A stretch of DNA of 63,998 nucleotides, the filler included, from Ionaspis alba (Eukaryota): NCBI GenBank assembly GCA_964255285.1. It is 9 parts of 9 records of this genome, joined end to end, with 100 filler letters (N's around TTAATTAATTAA, not from the genome) between each part and the next. Parts side by side here need not be neighbours in the genome. Positions count along the whole stretch, not along the records: positions 1 to 7,118 come from CAXUUL010000853.1; positions 7,219 to 14,328 come from CAXUUL010000854.1; 7 more parts are not named here. One strand, written 5' to 3'. The first letter of the stretch is position 1, and each line of letters starts with the position of its first letter. Under the pieces are notes generated by a model, which was given only the letters and a program-made list of their open reading frames with translations, did no database searches and was not told the origin of the DNA. Of this stretch, positions 1-14,149 are shown piece after piece. Both the position numbers and the translations under genes were made by a program.

Positions 1-861
1 TGGTTGAGTGAAAGAAAGGCATTGGCAACGATGACTGATTGCTGATGAGGATTAGCTGGATCAACAAAGTCACAAAATCTCGCTCGAAGTAATTTCAAGG
101 TTACATCAGTCTTTGCCTTTTATCTCATGCTCAACCAGTGTCAAGCGATAAGCAAGAGTGTAAACACAGCTGAGCTCTTCGGTTTACCAGAGCTGAAAAG
201 TTATCTTCATTTGCAACGCGTGTAAAGGCGAGAAAAAAAGAGCGGTACTAACCGCAATGGAGGAATGTCACACAGTGATGGCCTACGGAATCATAAACAT
301 CTTCCTTTGATCAAATCATTCACCTGGGGAACTATAAAGCAGGATATGTCCCGATATTCAGGTCGTCACCGCATCATGGGAAGCCAGTAGATTGGCCCTC
401 GTGGTGACGGTTTTAGAAGCGGGTTGAGCGCACTCTTGACCTACGCATCGGAGTCGACAGCTGAGTAGAGTAGGGTTGTCAAGCTGACGATGATTTGAGT
501 TGGCGGTCTGGTTGTATAAAAATGGTAGACTTTCGAGAAAAATCTACAAAATCTTCGAGTGGCACCGGGAGGCGCCTAACAAGCGCAATCTCCGTCCTCG
601 ACTCCGTGCCCTAGCTTCTCCATCCACAACAATTTTCCCTTGACCATTGCTCCAATCTTAAATCAAATCCTTGTAAAACAGAGAGGCTCAATATACGACG
701 TAGCTGAAGAAGTATCAACTTGTCTGCGATTTACAAACCACCCCTGCGATTCCGCCCCTGTCGCCCTGGGCTCAAGAGTAACGATTCGAAGCAGCGAACT
801 TCATGCCCATACTGGTGGTATCGGGCAACCTGATAATTCATTTATACTTAAATATTTGTCA

Positions 862-2009
862 ATGGACAACTTGTGGCAGCGCCGGTCAAAGTGAGTAATC
901 TGTTTGCAAATTGTCTCCAAGATTGCGCACTGACTGACTTTGCGCTCTAAGTTCTAGCAAGCTCTCCTTGACAACTTCCGGCACAAACAGTAATAGGGAC
1001 ACCCAAAAACACGACTCTCCTCGAAATTTCTCCTCCAATCGACGTTTTGGCGGGGATACCGCCTCTCACGGCAAGCCAAACCCTTTCAACACCACTTCCC
1101 CCTCTACAACCACAAGCGTGACTTCACCTGCCGCCGGAGCATCTTCAGCGTTTGGGCTTGGGTCTGGCGCCTTTGCTTCCTTCGGTTCCTCTACGAAAAC
1201 GCCTAAGACACCGGCCACATCTCAGGAATTCGGTCAAAGCGCGAACGACAAGACGGAGAAGGAGGGTACGAAGGCTGCGAAAAATTCGAAATCGAGCGAC
1301 TCTTTAGCGTCTGCCAACAAGGCTTCAAATACTCCTACGGATCATCCAATAAAATCTACTTGGGTGGTCTGGTACCGCCCACCAACATCTAAATACTCGG
1401 ATTACGAGAAGTCGACAATTCCTCTAGCATTCTTCTCTAGTGTGGAAGAGTTTTGGACAGTGTATACGCATTTGAAACGGCCTTCGGCGCTACCTTCTGT
1501 ATCAGACTACCACATCTTCAAGAAAGGCATTCGGCCTGTTTGGGAGGACGAAGAAAATAAAAGGGGTGGGAAATGGATAGTCAGGTTGAAGAAAGGAGTA
1601 GCAGATCGATATTGGGAGGATCTGTTACTTGCTATCATCGGTGACCAATTCGCCGAAGCTGGCGAGGAGGTCTGTGGTGCTGTGCTGAGTGTTAGGAGTG
1701 GCGAGGATGTGCTTAGTGTCTGGACCAGAATTGATGGCGGGAGAAACATCAAGATACGGTATACTCATATGGTGTCGAGCTTTTTGACCAAGACTGATGA
1801 GGTTTAGTGAGACTATCAAGCGCCTTCTTGCGTTCCCACAGGACACGGTCATTGTATGGAAGAGTCACGATGATAGCATCGCACAACGGTCAGCCATTGA
1901 CCAAGCACGCCAGGAGAAGAGCTCTGGTGGAGGAATTCATTCAGCGAAGCGTCGTGATACGCTCGTGGAGGAGAGTACTGCAGAGGTCTCAAAAAGTCCA
2001 ACATCATGA
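862..2009 (+). CDS. Translation initiation factor eIF4E family protein, class II (4EHP-like); exons 862-890, 952-1758, 1808-2009
   Basis: Motifs HPIKSTWVVWY, SVEEFW, FKKGIRPVWEDEENKRGGKW and CGAVLSVR. Tyr (SDYEK) stands where class I proteins have a cap-binding Trp. GT-AG introns 891-951 and 1759-1807 join the frames. Confidence 0.93.
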
Positions 2010-3077
2010 CTCGGGTATGGCCTTGACGTTTGTACGATATGTGACGAATGGGAAGGCGATTCTCTCAGGTGCAAAGCCGTCTTTCTCGATGCTTGTCTCT
2101 GTATCATAGTGCCGCGTGTTTAGCATGCGTCCTACTAGCTGTACAGTATCCACCGTCTGTAGTTGGATAATGCTCGTTATGAAATACCACAGTAAGATCC
2201 TTCTGTATCTCCTTGAGTTAATTAAACCACTGTAGGAGTGTGCATGTCAATGTAGGCCAAGCTATTATTCATGTTTGACACAGGAGCAGGATTATGGAAG
2301 AAATAGTTTGGTGTAATGGTGTCCATGTATTCTTCACGTATACGGCTCTCTCTCTGCGCGATCTCCCGTGTCAAACCCAGAGCTGAACCCAGCGGACAAG
2401 TAGCGTCCTTTAATTCAAAAATAGGAAGACTATTCACCATGATCACATGAGCTAGAGAGATGCATGCTGCAGAAAGAGCTGCACCGTCCCGGTTCGACGC
2501 CTGCTTGCTTCCAATTGATGAAAACTCGCGACAAGTCCTGGCTGTGAGCAAGACAGGTGTGATGGGAGAGAATGAATCTGGCGCTCAGGCATCACGAGTC
2601 AAAGCTATGGTAAGATATACTGCTGTCTCGGATTTTAGGTGTTGAGGGAAGACCTCGAAGCGCTTGGGGGGTGTTGGTTGGTCAGGCTTTTCGGTTACGG
2701 CCTCGAAAGGCAGTGAAGTCACTACTGACCGATATCGACGACACCAGATACGCGGTGCCCGCGCCAACAGTAAACTCACAAACTCTGCAACGTTCATTGA
2801 AGAGCGCAGGTAAGCTAACACAGCCACTGTTTGCTGAATGCCTGGCTGATGCTTGCAGAAGCTCCTCAAAGTCTCCTCCAGCTACGGCAAAAGCAGTGGG
2901 CAGGATCCAAAGAAATGAAGAAGAACGAAGACTTCTGGGACCCGGGAAGTGTGGTTACGAGTGAGAATATTGGCACAAATAGTATCTGGGCATAGCACGC
3001 GCTGATTCAATGCCCCTAGACCCGACCCCGAAGCCGTGCCTATAGCAATTCCGGGCACAAGGCCCCGGTCTCCCACC

Positions 3078-6000
3078 ATGGCTAAGGTACCGTATGCCCA
3101 ACCTTTAGAGAACGTAGATTCAGTCTTACATATTATAGGTCGCGTCTGGAGGGCCTCGACCAAGGAATGACTTGGGTGTAAATAGTCGGCAGCCGCCATC
3201 ATGGAAAGATACTGCAAAGAGTATACTAGCAGTTCCAATAGATGCCGTCAAGAAAGGGCTATTACAAGAGAAGGAGAGCAGCCAGAGAAAAGACATCGAT
3301 ACTCTCCCTTCGAGAGTTGCCTCAGCCTCATTCGAGGATTCGCCGGCGAAACGGAGAAAGACGGGGTCAAACCGCAAATCGCTAGACCCTTACGAGATTG
3401 ATGATCTTGACGAGCTTGGTGGCGCCGACAGAACGGTGTCCCGTATAATTTCAGTTTCTCAAATTTCGAGTCGTGCCCCGTCTTCCAAGGACCAACGATC
3501 TGGATCTGCACTACCGCACCGACTGGCTAGGGGAAGTTCCAATGAATACAAAAAGGTCGAAGGCTTGATGAATAGTAATTCATATATCAAACACAAAAGC
3601 TTCGTAGCAGACGATCAGTCATCTTCCAACCTTGGCCACTCCATGCCTTCTGGCACTTCTCTTGAATCACCGATCAATATCACCCTTGAGGAAGCAAGAG
3701 AAAGACCAAAATATAGGGGCACTGCTAGGCTTAGTGGAGCGATATCGAAACAAGCAAGCAGCGACATGAGGCGAGGTTATCTGGAAACAAGCCATCGGCG
3801 GCCTTTCATCAATGGTTCTGCGCCAACAAAACCCCACGCATCGTTAATGACCGGGATGGAACACAGACCGGGTAAAATGAGTCCCGAGCTCAGGGACAGC
3901 TTTGTTCCCATGAGCCGGAAGCCTCGCACTTTAGATATAACCACCAGCTCTGACGAGCTTGCCGACCCAGACGACCTTGAATACGGATCAGTGACTCGAC
4001 TCCCTTCTGCAAACCAAGTAGGAGCGACCGGCAGAATCCGCGCAAGTCCAGCCAAAGAAGCTACTACTCCAGAGGACATCTCTGATTCAGAAGACCGCGG
4101 TAACATAAAACCTACAAAATTTGTTGACTCCCACCGAAAGAAAGTAGTCATGAGGACCGGCAAGATCGGTCTCGACCGGGAAAGGGAAAATGACTTTTCG
4201 GCGCTCAAAGTGAAAACAGTCATCATGAACGGTCTTCTTGAATCTGAAAAGAATGATCCATCTATAAGATTCACGGATGATAGAAAGTGTTTAGATATTT
4301 TCGGGGGTGATACTAGCCAAGGACTTTACGATGAGCGTTTGAGGGTACAACTCGATAAAGTGCATTCAATTGAATGGGCACAAGACTGTGCAAAGATCCG
4401 TCTGAATATGGCAAGGGCATTTCCCGGTGGCGAGAAGTCCTACTTTGAGTTCACTTCAGAGCGTGACGCATGCATATTTGCAAGGACTTTGATAGATGAA
4501 CCGGCAGCGAAGTCTGTGAGGGGTAAGAAAATAGACAGGCAAGTTAAACTACATATTCGCTGTCCTACCACGCTTACCTATCTCGCAGTACGTACATGGA
4601 GAAGACCTTCCAGAAGGCAGTATCCGATCACTCAATGTCGCGCATATCTCGCGTGCATAATGTGATCGATCATGATATTGAGTTACAAAGCATGGTTAAG
4701 CGGAAGGTACGACGAGACCAAGCAGATCATCTCGTGGTGGATGATGAGGAGACCAACAACAAACGTCGACGAATACGTGATAAGCTTCAGGATGTGAATG
4801 GTCACTACCACGAAACAGGAAACGACTATTGTCTTCCCCGGATGGCCTCTGGTCCAGGAGACAATCAAGGTAAACTCATACAGGATAGCGATACTGCCAG
4901 AGTATTCAAGAAATATACAAATCAATGTTCACCGGGTACGGACCAGGCAACAAGAGTGGCCGCAATCATCAGCCAGAATCGAGCTCCTCACTTGACCAGA
5001 TCTCGGGTAGCATCAGCAACAGCTACCCCAAAGCATGTTGGCCCAACGACGATCGCTGACGAACATTGGGAGCCTATAAGGTATTCGAAAGTCAACGACT
5101 TGGGGCCCAGGTGGAAGAAGCCCCTGTGGTATCCCCAGATAGGAAGAAAGAAGACCACAGTTGAATGGAAGGACCTGGAGCGTCTGGATGATGGAGAATT
5201 TCTGAATGACAATCTCATTGGGTTCTATCTGCGATATCTTGAGACTAGGCTTGAAGAGGAGGATCCAGCTCTGGCAAAGCGGGTGTACTGGTTCAATACG
5301 TTCTTTTTTGCAAGTCTCACGCAAACTGCAAGAGGAAAAGGAAGAATAAATTACGATGCAGTCAAAAAATGGACACGCAACGTTGATATCTTCAACTTTG
5401 ACTATGTCGTTGTTCCTATTAACGAGTCGGCCCATTGGTATATTGCCATTATTTGCAATCTTCCTGCTTTGGACCGTGGGCTTGCTACAACAGGACATGA
5501 GCCTCAGATGTCTCCCTCTCCTCCCCATTTCGAAACACTCGACGACTCTAATGAGATCGAGACCGAGGAAGCTCCACGGACTCCACCATTATCCGCCACC
5601 CACCGAACAGAGATTCCTTGCAATGAGGCCGAAAAGCCCGAAGAAGAGCACACTCGAGAATCTTTAGCCGAACTACATATACACGACGGTAGCACGGTTT
5701 CTAATAAAGAGAAAATCAGGGCCCATTCTCTTCACGACGCCGACGAGATTCTCGACTCTGATGATGACATGGATGTCCGTACTTCCAAGGGAGATATGAA
5801 AAATGAAGTCGTGGATGACCCAAGCCCCGACTCGGCGGTAGAGCTTGACGACGTCGTGGTGAAAGCAGTATCAGAGAGCAAACTGGGCTCTCAGAAGAAA
5901 GGCAAGCGCAAGTCTAATCCGCCAATCAAAACATTGGATCCAGAGCAACCCGCAATCATTACCCTTGACTCTCTTGGAATCGCACATTCGCCCACCATCA

Positions 6001-6887
6001 GAGCTTTGAAAGACTATCTTCATGCTGAAGGTGCTGACAAGCGCGGTGGTATGGTATTCGACGACAGCAACATCAAAGGATGCACGGCGAAGCAGATTCC
6101 CCAGCAGGACAACTTCTGTGATTGTGGACTGTTTCTTCTTGGTTATATGGAACGATTTCTTAAGACTCCGAAGGAGTTCGTCACTAAGATCCTGCAGCGC
6201 GAATTTGACGGACAAAGGGACTGGGCAAAGATGGAACCAAGTGCCATGCGTACTAATATCAGAGAACTAGTCTTAGGCCTTCATGCCGAACAGGAGGGTC
6301 AGACAGTGCCGAAAAAAGAGCTGTCCACGACGGTCTCGGATCAGAGAAAGGGTGGAGAACAGCATTCTCGAACTGTCCAGGTCACCAAAAGTAAGCCAAG
6401 TGCAACTGAGGCAGCTACAGAAAGCACTTCTATACGCTCAAGGACCAACTCCACTGAGGAAGTACAAGACGCAGTGCCTAAGACGAGGCAACAAGCTCTC
6501 GACAGTGCTTCTCAAATCGATGCGCTAGATTCAGCGCTCCACGTGCAGGCGCTCAACAGAGCCGACGAGTCAACTTCACGAAACCTTGTCCGACAAGCTT
6601 CGCCTATCAATATGGACGAGCTGGGCGAGATGATTATACCTGATAGCCAGGAGGGCAAGATGCCAGAGCTCCCACCGGCACACCCAGCGTCCGATACAGA
6701 GCATCCTGCCACAAGCGACGGCATTGAAGTTCGGATCGAGAAGCGTGCATCAACTCCTCGTCCGCCCACGCAAGGCAAGCCGCACGCACAAGAGGGACGA
6801 ACAGCCCGATCACCAAGGAAGGCAAAGGAAAGAAAGGTGCCAAGTCGGCCCAGGGAAAATCAGGATGTGATTGCGATAGATGGATGA
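3078..6887 (+). CDS. ULP2: Ulp2-like SUMO/ubiquitin-like protease (peptidase C48) with a long disordered N-terminus; further 5' exons may lie in 2460-3020
   Basis: Motifs FLNDNLIGFYL, FNTFFF, VVVPINESAHW (catalytic His), ITLDSLG and PQQDNFCDCG (catalytic Cys). Start CACCATGG at 3078; introns 3087-3138 (GT-AG) and 4539-4588 (GC-AG). Confidence 0.85.
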
Positions 6888-7118
6888 TACCAGTTTCTTT
6901 TGTCCAGCACGTTCAGGGCTCTTCGGTTGTTCAAAGGCTACAAGGATAGCTAGGCGCGCTAGGGTAGGTGTCCTTGATATGTTTCTCTGGTTGGGATTTG
7001 CATAGCGTGGGACGCTGACTTGGCGGTTGCTTGTTACTACATTCTTGGGCATATTGTGGAGCCAAGAGGTCTTTTCCCATGGTTATTCGGTGGCAAATCC
7101 ACGGTTTTGGACTGGAGA

Positions 7119-7218
7119 NNNNNNNNNNNNNNNNNNNNNNNNNNNNNNNNNNNNNNNNNNNNTTAATTAATTAANNNNNNNNNNNNNNNNNNNNNNNNNN
7201 NNNNNNNNNNNNNNNNNN
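7119..7218. other. Artificial contig-joining linker N44-TTAATTAATTAA-N44
   Basis: Palindromic six-frame stop linker, repeated identically at 14329-14428, 21518-21617, 28704-28803, 35874-35973, 43039-43138, 50198-50297 and 57355-57454. Confidence 0.98.
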
Positions 7219-8753
7219 CCTCCTCCTCCCCCCGTCCCGACTGCGCACTGCCCACGCCCTCATCCTCATACCTGACATTCCAATTATCCGTCCTCCGAAT
7301 AATCATCTTATCACTCCTGACACTACTGGCACTGCCCTGATCCGCCTCCTCCTTGGCCGATGCATCAGCCGTAACCTCGGCGACACTGTAACTAACATCG
7401 GGTCTCAACTTCTTCCTCCCTTTCCCTGCTCCCCCTCCATTCGCGCCTCCCTTGCCGTTCCCGCTTCCACCGCTGTTGTCTTTAGAACCGAGCCCGCCAC
7501 GCCCGCTCCCGAAGGTCTGCATGCGGTAGGTGTTCATAGTCCCACCTGTGGTGCGATGGCGCAGGTTGTTGCCGAAGCGACCGCTGTCGAAGCCGTCCAT
7601 GAAGGGTTTGAGGGTTGGGATGCAGGCGGTTATGATGGAGAGGGCGAGGGTGCATTGGGTGGCGATGGAGGAGGGGACGGCGCTGAAGGTTTTGTCCGGG
7701 GAGGTAGAGGCGGTTTGGAGGTAGTAGATGCGGGTTATTGTTGAGGCGATGACGCTGGGATTGGGGGTTAGCTGGAGTGGGGGCGAAAGGGGGAGGGGGA
7801 AGGTACATGATGCGGAAGAAGAAGGCGGACATGACGATTATCTTTTTGGCACGCGTGATTTGAACGGTCCAGACTATTTGGGCGGGGATGGCGAGGATGG
7901 CGAGTTCGGTTAGGATGTCGATTACGCCTGTGCCGATCCAGAAGGACATCTGTTTGGTCATTAGCCTTGAGCTTTATGAGAAATAGCAGACGAGAAGCGT
8001 TGATAAGATAGCTAATAGATTCAAAGTTTTGTGAAATCCGAGGTGGGGATACTTACAGCATCAACACATTTGGGATGGTTCGAATCCCAGGACTTGGCCA
8101 AGCCACAGCGAAACGCATAGACGAACAAACCGGCGACTCCCCAGAGCGCCACGACGATGGAGGTGACTCGACATGAGAGGACTTGCTTCTTGGCTACGGC
8201 TAGGCGGGCGAGCAGTTGGAGAATGGAGAGTTTGGCGAGACAGAGGGTGGGGATGTAGAAGAGGTCGGAGACGTAGCAAGTCTGTTGAGATGTCAGTGGT
8301 GAGTCCGTGGTTGTTGGCAAGCACAAGGTTCAGAGGGATGAGGTTGGCAAACCTTCATGACTTTCTGAAGTGCAGATTGATCGAGCAGGTCTTGCCGCTG
8401 CCCGAGTCCTCCTTTGACGCCTATTGATATTGCTACTACTTGGGCTATACCAAACAGCTGATAACAAAACTTGAGTCAGCGACGTTCAATCCATGCGAGT
8501 GAACCCGGCAAATATCCAACAGCCGAATTCCTCATCCAGAGAAGGGAATCCGAGATCATACCATCGCCCCAAACACAGTCGCATCCTCCAATCCCGGCGC
8601 CCTCGTAATAATGATCCGCACCATCAATCTGACAATAACGGACAAAATCATAGCCACCATGAGAAACCACGCCGCGATAGCGATGAGCGCTCCATGGTCG
8701 TCGTCTGTGACTCGAGCGAAGCGGGGACCCTCATTGGGATCCATTGTTGCCAT
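7219..8753 (-). CDS. PTH11-like (fungal rhodopsin-domain) integral membrane protein, multi-exon, 3' truncated
   Basis: Starts MATMDPNEGPRFARVTDDDHG, then hydrophobic helices with GLEDA, LCLAKLSIL, DILTELAILAIP and AFFFRI, followed by a low-complexity cytoplasmic tail. Several GT-AG introns. Confidence 0.85.
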
Positions 8754-11700
8754 GGTGAATTAATGGGATGAAAAAGGAGCAGAAATTCAGAATGCCGCCC
8801 AAAGTCTAGAGAGAAGTTTCGTGTGTGTGTTGTATTGAATGCGATCTAATGTGTGCTGAGTGATTTCATGTATGTGGCCGGCCACGGTGACATGTCGTGA
8901 TCGTGAGGTGATAAAAAGCGAGGTCAACACAGAGATGAATGCATTGTATATTTGGCGGTTTCAAAGTACGACAGCGAGATGTGTACTGTAAACCGTTCAG
9001 ATCAGACAGTCAAATCAAGACAACTCGTAGAAGTGAAGTGAGAGTGAGGGTTCGAGTCGAAGGTTTCGGTCGCGATGCATGCGGATCAGTGGACTCGAGA
9101 GGGACAAGCGGCTTTAGCACCTGGACTAGGGCAAGACGATCGAAGACTTTTGTGGCTTTCGTTCGTTCGGGACAAATTCCTCCAGGGTGTGAAGGGCCTT
9201 TCCTAAGAAAGACCAGGAACGGGGAGCTCGGGCGAGGCCGCTTAGCCGGTGGAGGAATTTGGGTGATTAGTGGTTGTGGTTCAGGAACGGAGCTGGGAAG
9301 AATGGTGATGGTGGGAGGTGAAAGCAGAGTGATGGAGCGAATGATAGACGATGAATGTCTTCTTTTTGCGGGATGGAGAGGAGGGCTTGTGGTGATAGCA
9401 TGGGGGTTTTGCATAGATCCTTGTTGTTGTTATCGTTGAGCTATATCAAGGAATGCCATACTCGCAGAAACGAAATGCAAGAGGGAGGTGAATGTGGCTT
9501 TGGGAGCGATGGACCTGGCGCACGGAGAGGCACTTCCTCCGAATACTACTGGTGTTGTGGATAAAGAATGGTCGAAATGGTTGAGTTCAGGAGGTCCAGG
9601 GCTCAAGGTTATCGTTGTTCAGGAGGCGCAGGGGAAGTGTAATAATGGCGTTATTCAAGTCAACACTAAGAATTGAAGACTTCCTGGTATAGACCAGGAT
9701 TGGGGTGATAATAATGATTGTTCATGATTGCGTCTCGTTTCTAATTGCACAGACCACTCTGCTCATCCGATTTTATCTTACAAAGATCTGCAAAATACCT
9801 AGAGAAATTGATATTATTTTGACGTTGACAGTTTTCTAGCCCTTCCATAATACAAGATAGTATATGCACAAACATGGAGTGCACCCATTTCAATTTTTAG
9901 AATTGTCATTCGGAAGCACGAGAGCCGTTCGAACAGATGTATGAGGTGACCGGCAGCAACGGAGGAGCGTGCTGAGCATCGCATATGCCTGCTTCCGACA
10001 TCGCAGACAAGCATATGGTACCTGCGCATTGCTGTGGCTTTCACAGACACCGTAAAATAACCAAAGCTAGGATGACCTAGCATACCCAATTCCTTCGTAG
10101 CTTCGGACGATGGCTCAAAGTAGTTTGCTAGTTTAGGGTCGAGTGAGTTTTGCTTCTTGGTCCATCTTATCTTGCTTATCCTCATTGTGATTTCTGCATC
10201 AGAGGCTGGATATATACTGGGATCTGCTTCTTCGTGTGGGATGCGGCATCCTTGACCGTTGAACAGTGCACTGGTTCCATGGCTTGTCTAAGTATTGCAC
10301 ATCCGCACAGCCAATCACCGGGTGACGACATGCGGATTGCGGGTGGCAGAGATGCATGGTAGGTCAGATCGCGAAGGATTTTGCGGCTCCATGGATGTTG
10401 AACATCACCGCAGTGGAAAACTTGGTTCGTTCTGTACTCCTATAGTTTCTCTGTTTGACAGATAACACAAGATCAACCTTTCTGCATGTTATTGGAGTGT
10501 CCATCCAGGTACCTCTTCAATGGCCAGAGATTGCTCTGGGATGGCCGACCTGCTTGGCTCGAGACCCTTGAGAGCGGAGGGCGTTTTCCCTGCTACTCTC
10601 CCTCCAGAAATTTCCCGTCTTGGTCTGGCCAAATCTGATTCACAACGATTGTAGGATTCCCATCCCGCCACCCGCGCGGGTGCTAGCAGTGCCACCAGTC
10701 GCAGCCAACAATATGAAATTCAGCTCAGGAAAAATAAATCCCCCATTAATCTCCTTCTTTAGCCAGTGGTTAGTGCAGACCCCCCGAATGGGTGCGCCAC
10801 TGCCATCAGCTTACAACTTTGTTGGCCGAGGCACGTTCTGGTAAACTGTGCGTACACTTATGTATGGAGCGCTGCTGGACTCCACTCAACTGGGTTTATG
10901 CGTGATACGTGCCGCGTACATACATCATCTCTCCAGTAAGAAGAACTCGCGGATCGCGGAAAGAGTACCTGCGTCACAAGAGGCGTTTCTCTCCGATCCG
11001 CTCCCAGCCATTGAATTGATATGCTGTGTCACCCCACGGATCCTGCAGCACAAATCATAATTGCAAAACTTTTTTTCGACTGCAGGAAATTCCAACTTTT
11101 CGAAGTGCTTTGACCATAACTTTAGCTCCCAGAATATCCTGCTCGTAATCATGAGGAATCCAGGCTCCTTGTCACATCTCGATATCCTGGGAACTACTGT
11201 ACGTAACCAATTTCTCGCATGGAGGAAAAACTCGGATTAATCAATCGTTCCCACTACCCTCCTCCTTCCCCTTAGAGCCCGGGACCGAGAAAAACAAAAA
11301 ACTTCGAGTCTTTCACCTTTCCACAACCCCCAAAGCCTCCCAGCTAGCACTGTCTCGCGGAACCCGCACGCCCATCCCGAGAACCATGGGTCTGTGGTAG
11401 GTCCGCTTCAAGGGTGCCTGGCACTTGCCAGGAAGCGGGAATGTCGTAGGCCCGGGGGGAAAAACAAGCACGATAGGTTCCCGTCCGTCTCACTCACCTA
11501 CGTCTTTCCTACCCACATCCTTCCCATGTCTCTCCGCTCCCGAGAGTATCAGTTTCTTGGAGCCTGTAAGAGGAAACCCCTGGAGCAAAGAATAATGGAT
11601 TTGTTTGGCCAAATTACCAGTCAAGTACCGGAGTGCGCTAATACGAGCCGCGTCGCGCTGCCGTGAGGAGAGTTTGGGCTAGGGGTCGTGCTAAGTGCGT

Positions 11701-12139
11701 AGTCTCTTTCTTTTGCATTTTACGCGGACTCATGGCTGGAGAGGGCGATTTGTTGCTAGGATTTTGCTCAGGGAATGGGAGTGCCATGCGTTTCTCCCAG
11801 GGTCTCCGCAAGGTCGGGATCTTTGCACTTCAGGTCGAGAGTTTTGTGAGCGAGTGATTGATATGCAGTATCTGTGAACATACCTGCTACTCTTTGTCCT
11901 TCAACACCTTTCTGGAGAAGATCCATCACTTTGGATAGATGTGTTGAGTGCCGCCGGTTCACTTCTTTCACTTGCAGTGGTCCTCTTGTACATATTTCAC
12001 ATTCTCTTCTCCAACATTTTAGACGTTTACAACCTTCTCGCCTGAACATTTTTCCTCGACCATCTCACCCCAAATCTCTTAGCTATACCGAGCTTCAACA
12101 GTCAGCTTTTGTATCTGGGTCACTCTCACAATGGGCAGG

Positions 12140-14149
12140 ATGTCTTCGGACTCCGACGAGGAGGGGTACAGGGCGGGAGCAGTCACAGTTGCCAGTGATC
12201 AGAATATCCAAGCGACGTTGACACATCGAGATAACTTGGATATGGCGGAGGCAGGGAAACGGCAGCAGTTCAATGTATGTCTCCTTATCTTCAAAACCAC
12301 TACACAAGAAGATTGTCTCTGAATGAAGGATCTACAGAGAAATTTCGGGTTCTTGTCTATGTTGGGATTTACGACGACTATGATGTGTACCTGGGAGGCA
12401 ATCTTTTTGTGAGCCTTTGCTCTGATCCCCATTCACTGCCAGGCGAACGACTGACTCGTCTTCTCTCTCAAAAGTGTTAATTCGTCAGCTTTGTATAATG
12501 GAGGGCCAGTTGGATTGGTCTACGGTTTCATATTCTGCTTCATTGGATCTTTCGCTGTATGTGCCTCATTGGCTGAATTGGCCTCGATGTACGTTCACAT
12601 TAAACTTACCATGGTCGAGGTGCTGTTTCGCTGATGGGATCGACAGGATGCCTACTTCCGGTGGTCAATATCATTGGACTGCCATGCTGGCTCCTCCCAA
12701 GTACAAAGTTGTTCTCAGCTGGATGACAGGTGACCACCACCACCCCCGACACAACTAGGCGAGACTCACAACTGACATCCGATATCAGGCTGGATGTCCG
12801 TCCTAGGCTGGCAAGCCGTGACAGCAAGTGGATGCTTCCTGGCAGGGACCGTCGTCCAAGGCCTTCTCGTCCTCAACTATCCTGACTACGGCTATGAACG
12901 CTGGCACGGGACACTCCTCTTCTACGCCGTCCTGACACTCTGCGTAACGGTCAACACAGCCGGAGCTCGCTTCCTGCCCAAGATCGAAGGTCTCATCCTC
13001 ATCATCCATATCCTGGGCTTCTTTGCCATTCTCATCCCCATGGTCTATCTCGCCCCGCAGAGCTCGCCGTCGTTCGTATTCACCGAGTTCGACAATCTGG
13101 GAGGATGGAGCAGTAATGGAGTCTCATGGTTCATTGGTCTACTGAGCGGCATCTACCCCTTCATCGGTACGATTCCTTGAAATTCCCTCTCATCCCCTCT
13201 AACCCACCCCACCAACCATACCCTAACTAACCACTTCCCTTCCCTTCCCAGGCTACGACGGTCCCTGCCACATGGCGGAAGAAATCCAAGACGCCTCCAT
13301 AATCGTCCCTTGGTGCATGATCTTCACCATCCTGATCAACGGCGCCCTGGGTCTCGCCACCATAATCGCCTTCCTCTTCTGCATCGGCGACCTGAACACC
13401 GCCCTCAACACGCCAACGGGGTACGACTTCATCCAAGTTTTCTACAACGCCACGCAATCCAATGCCGGCACCACAGCCATGACGGCCATCCTCATCGCCA
13501 TGGCCATCTTCGCGACAATCGGGCTGCTGGCGACGGCGTCGAGGCAGACGTGGGCGTTTGCCAGGGATAGGGGTTTGCCGTATTCGGAGTTTTTAGCCAA
13601 GGTATGCACACACATCTTATGTCCTCCCATTCTGGTCCTACCACCCTCGGCCCCCACCTGTCAAATTACGCAGATACTGAAAGCATATGTAAAAACAAAC
13701 AGGTAGACAAACGCTCCGCCCTCCCCATCCGCTCCATCGCCCTCAGCACCCTCCTCAACGCCCTGCTCGCCCTCATCAACATCGGCAGCACCACCGCCTT
13801 CAACGCCATCGTCTCCCTCACCATCGCCGGCCTCTTCTCCTCCTATCTCATCCCCATCATCCTCTTGCTCCAGAAACGGCTCCGCAACGAAAAGATCAAA
13901 TTCGGGCCCTGGCGTCTGGGCAAATTCGGAATGCCGATCAATATCACGGCGATTGCGTTTCTGGTCATTGCGTTGGTGTTTAGCTTTTTTCCGCCGTTTT
14001 TGCCCATCACGGCGGCGAATTTCAATTGGTCCAGTTTGGTTTTTACGGTCGTTATGGTTGTGGGGGGCGTTTTTTTCGTGGTCCATGGGAGGAGGAGGTA
14101 TGATGGGCCGGTTGTGGAGAGGCCGGTTGTTGTTGTGGAGGCGAAGTAG
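12140..14149 (+). CDS. APC-superfamily amino acid/choline/GABA permease (HNM1/UGA4-like), multi-exon; start may be 12131
   Basis: Motifs SLAELASM/PTSGGQYHW, GWMSVLGWQ, GYDGPCHMAEEI, SRQTWAFARDRGLP, INIGSTTAFNAI and GPWRLG, with many transmembrane segments. Confidence 0.92.

Noticed and set aside
640..861. Non-AUG N-terminal extension of eIF4E (TTG ORF in frame with ATG 862)
   Set aside because: The translation has no recognisable features, and an open frame of this length can arise by chance.
7163..7174. Periodic TTAATTAATTAA palindrome as a biological repeat, CRISPR-like array or transposon target
   Set aside because: It is always centred in exactly 44+44 N between size-sorted segments, so it is an artificial linker.
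8072..8090. GGTTCGAATCCC resembling a tRNA T-loop/B box
   Set aside because: It lies inside a coding exon of the PTH11-like gene and no cloverleaf can be built. Similar motifs near 9049 and 31881 also fail.
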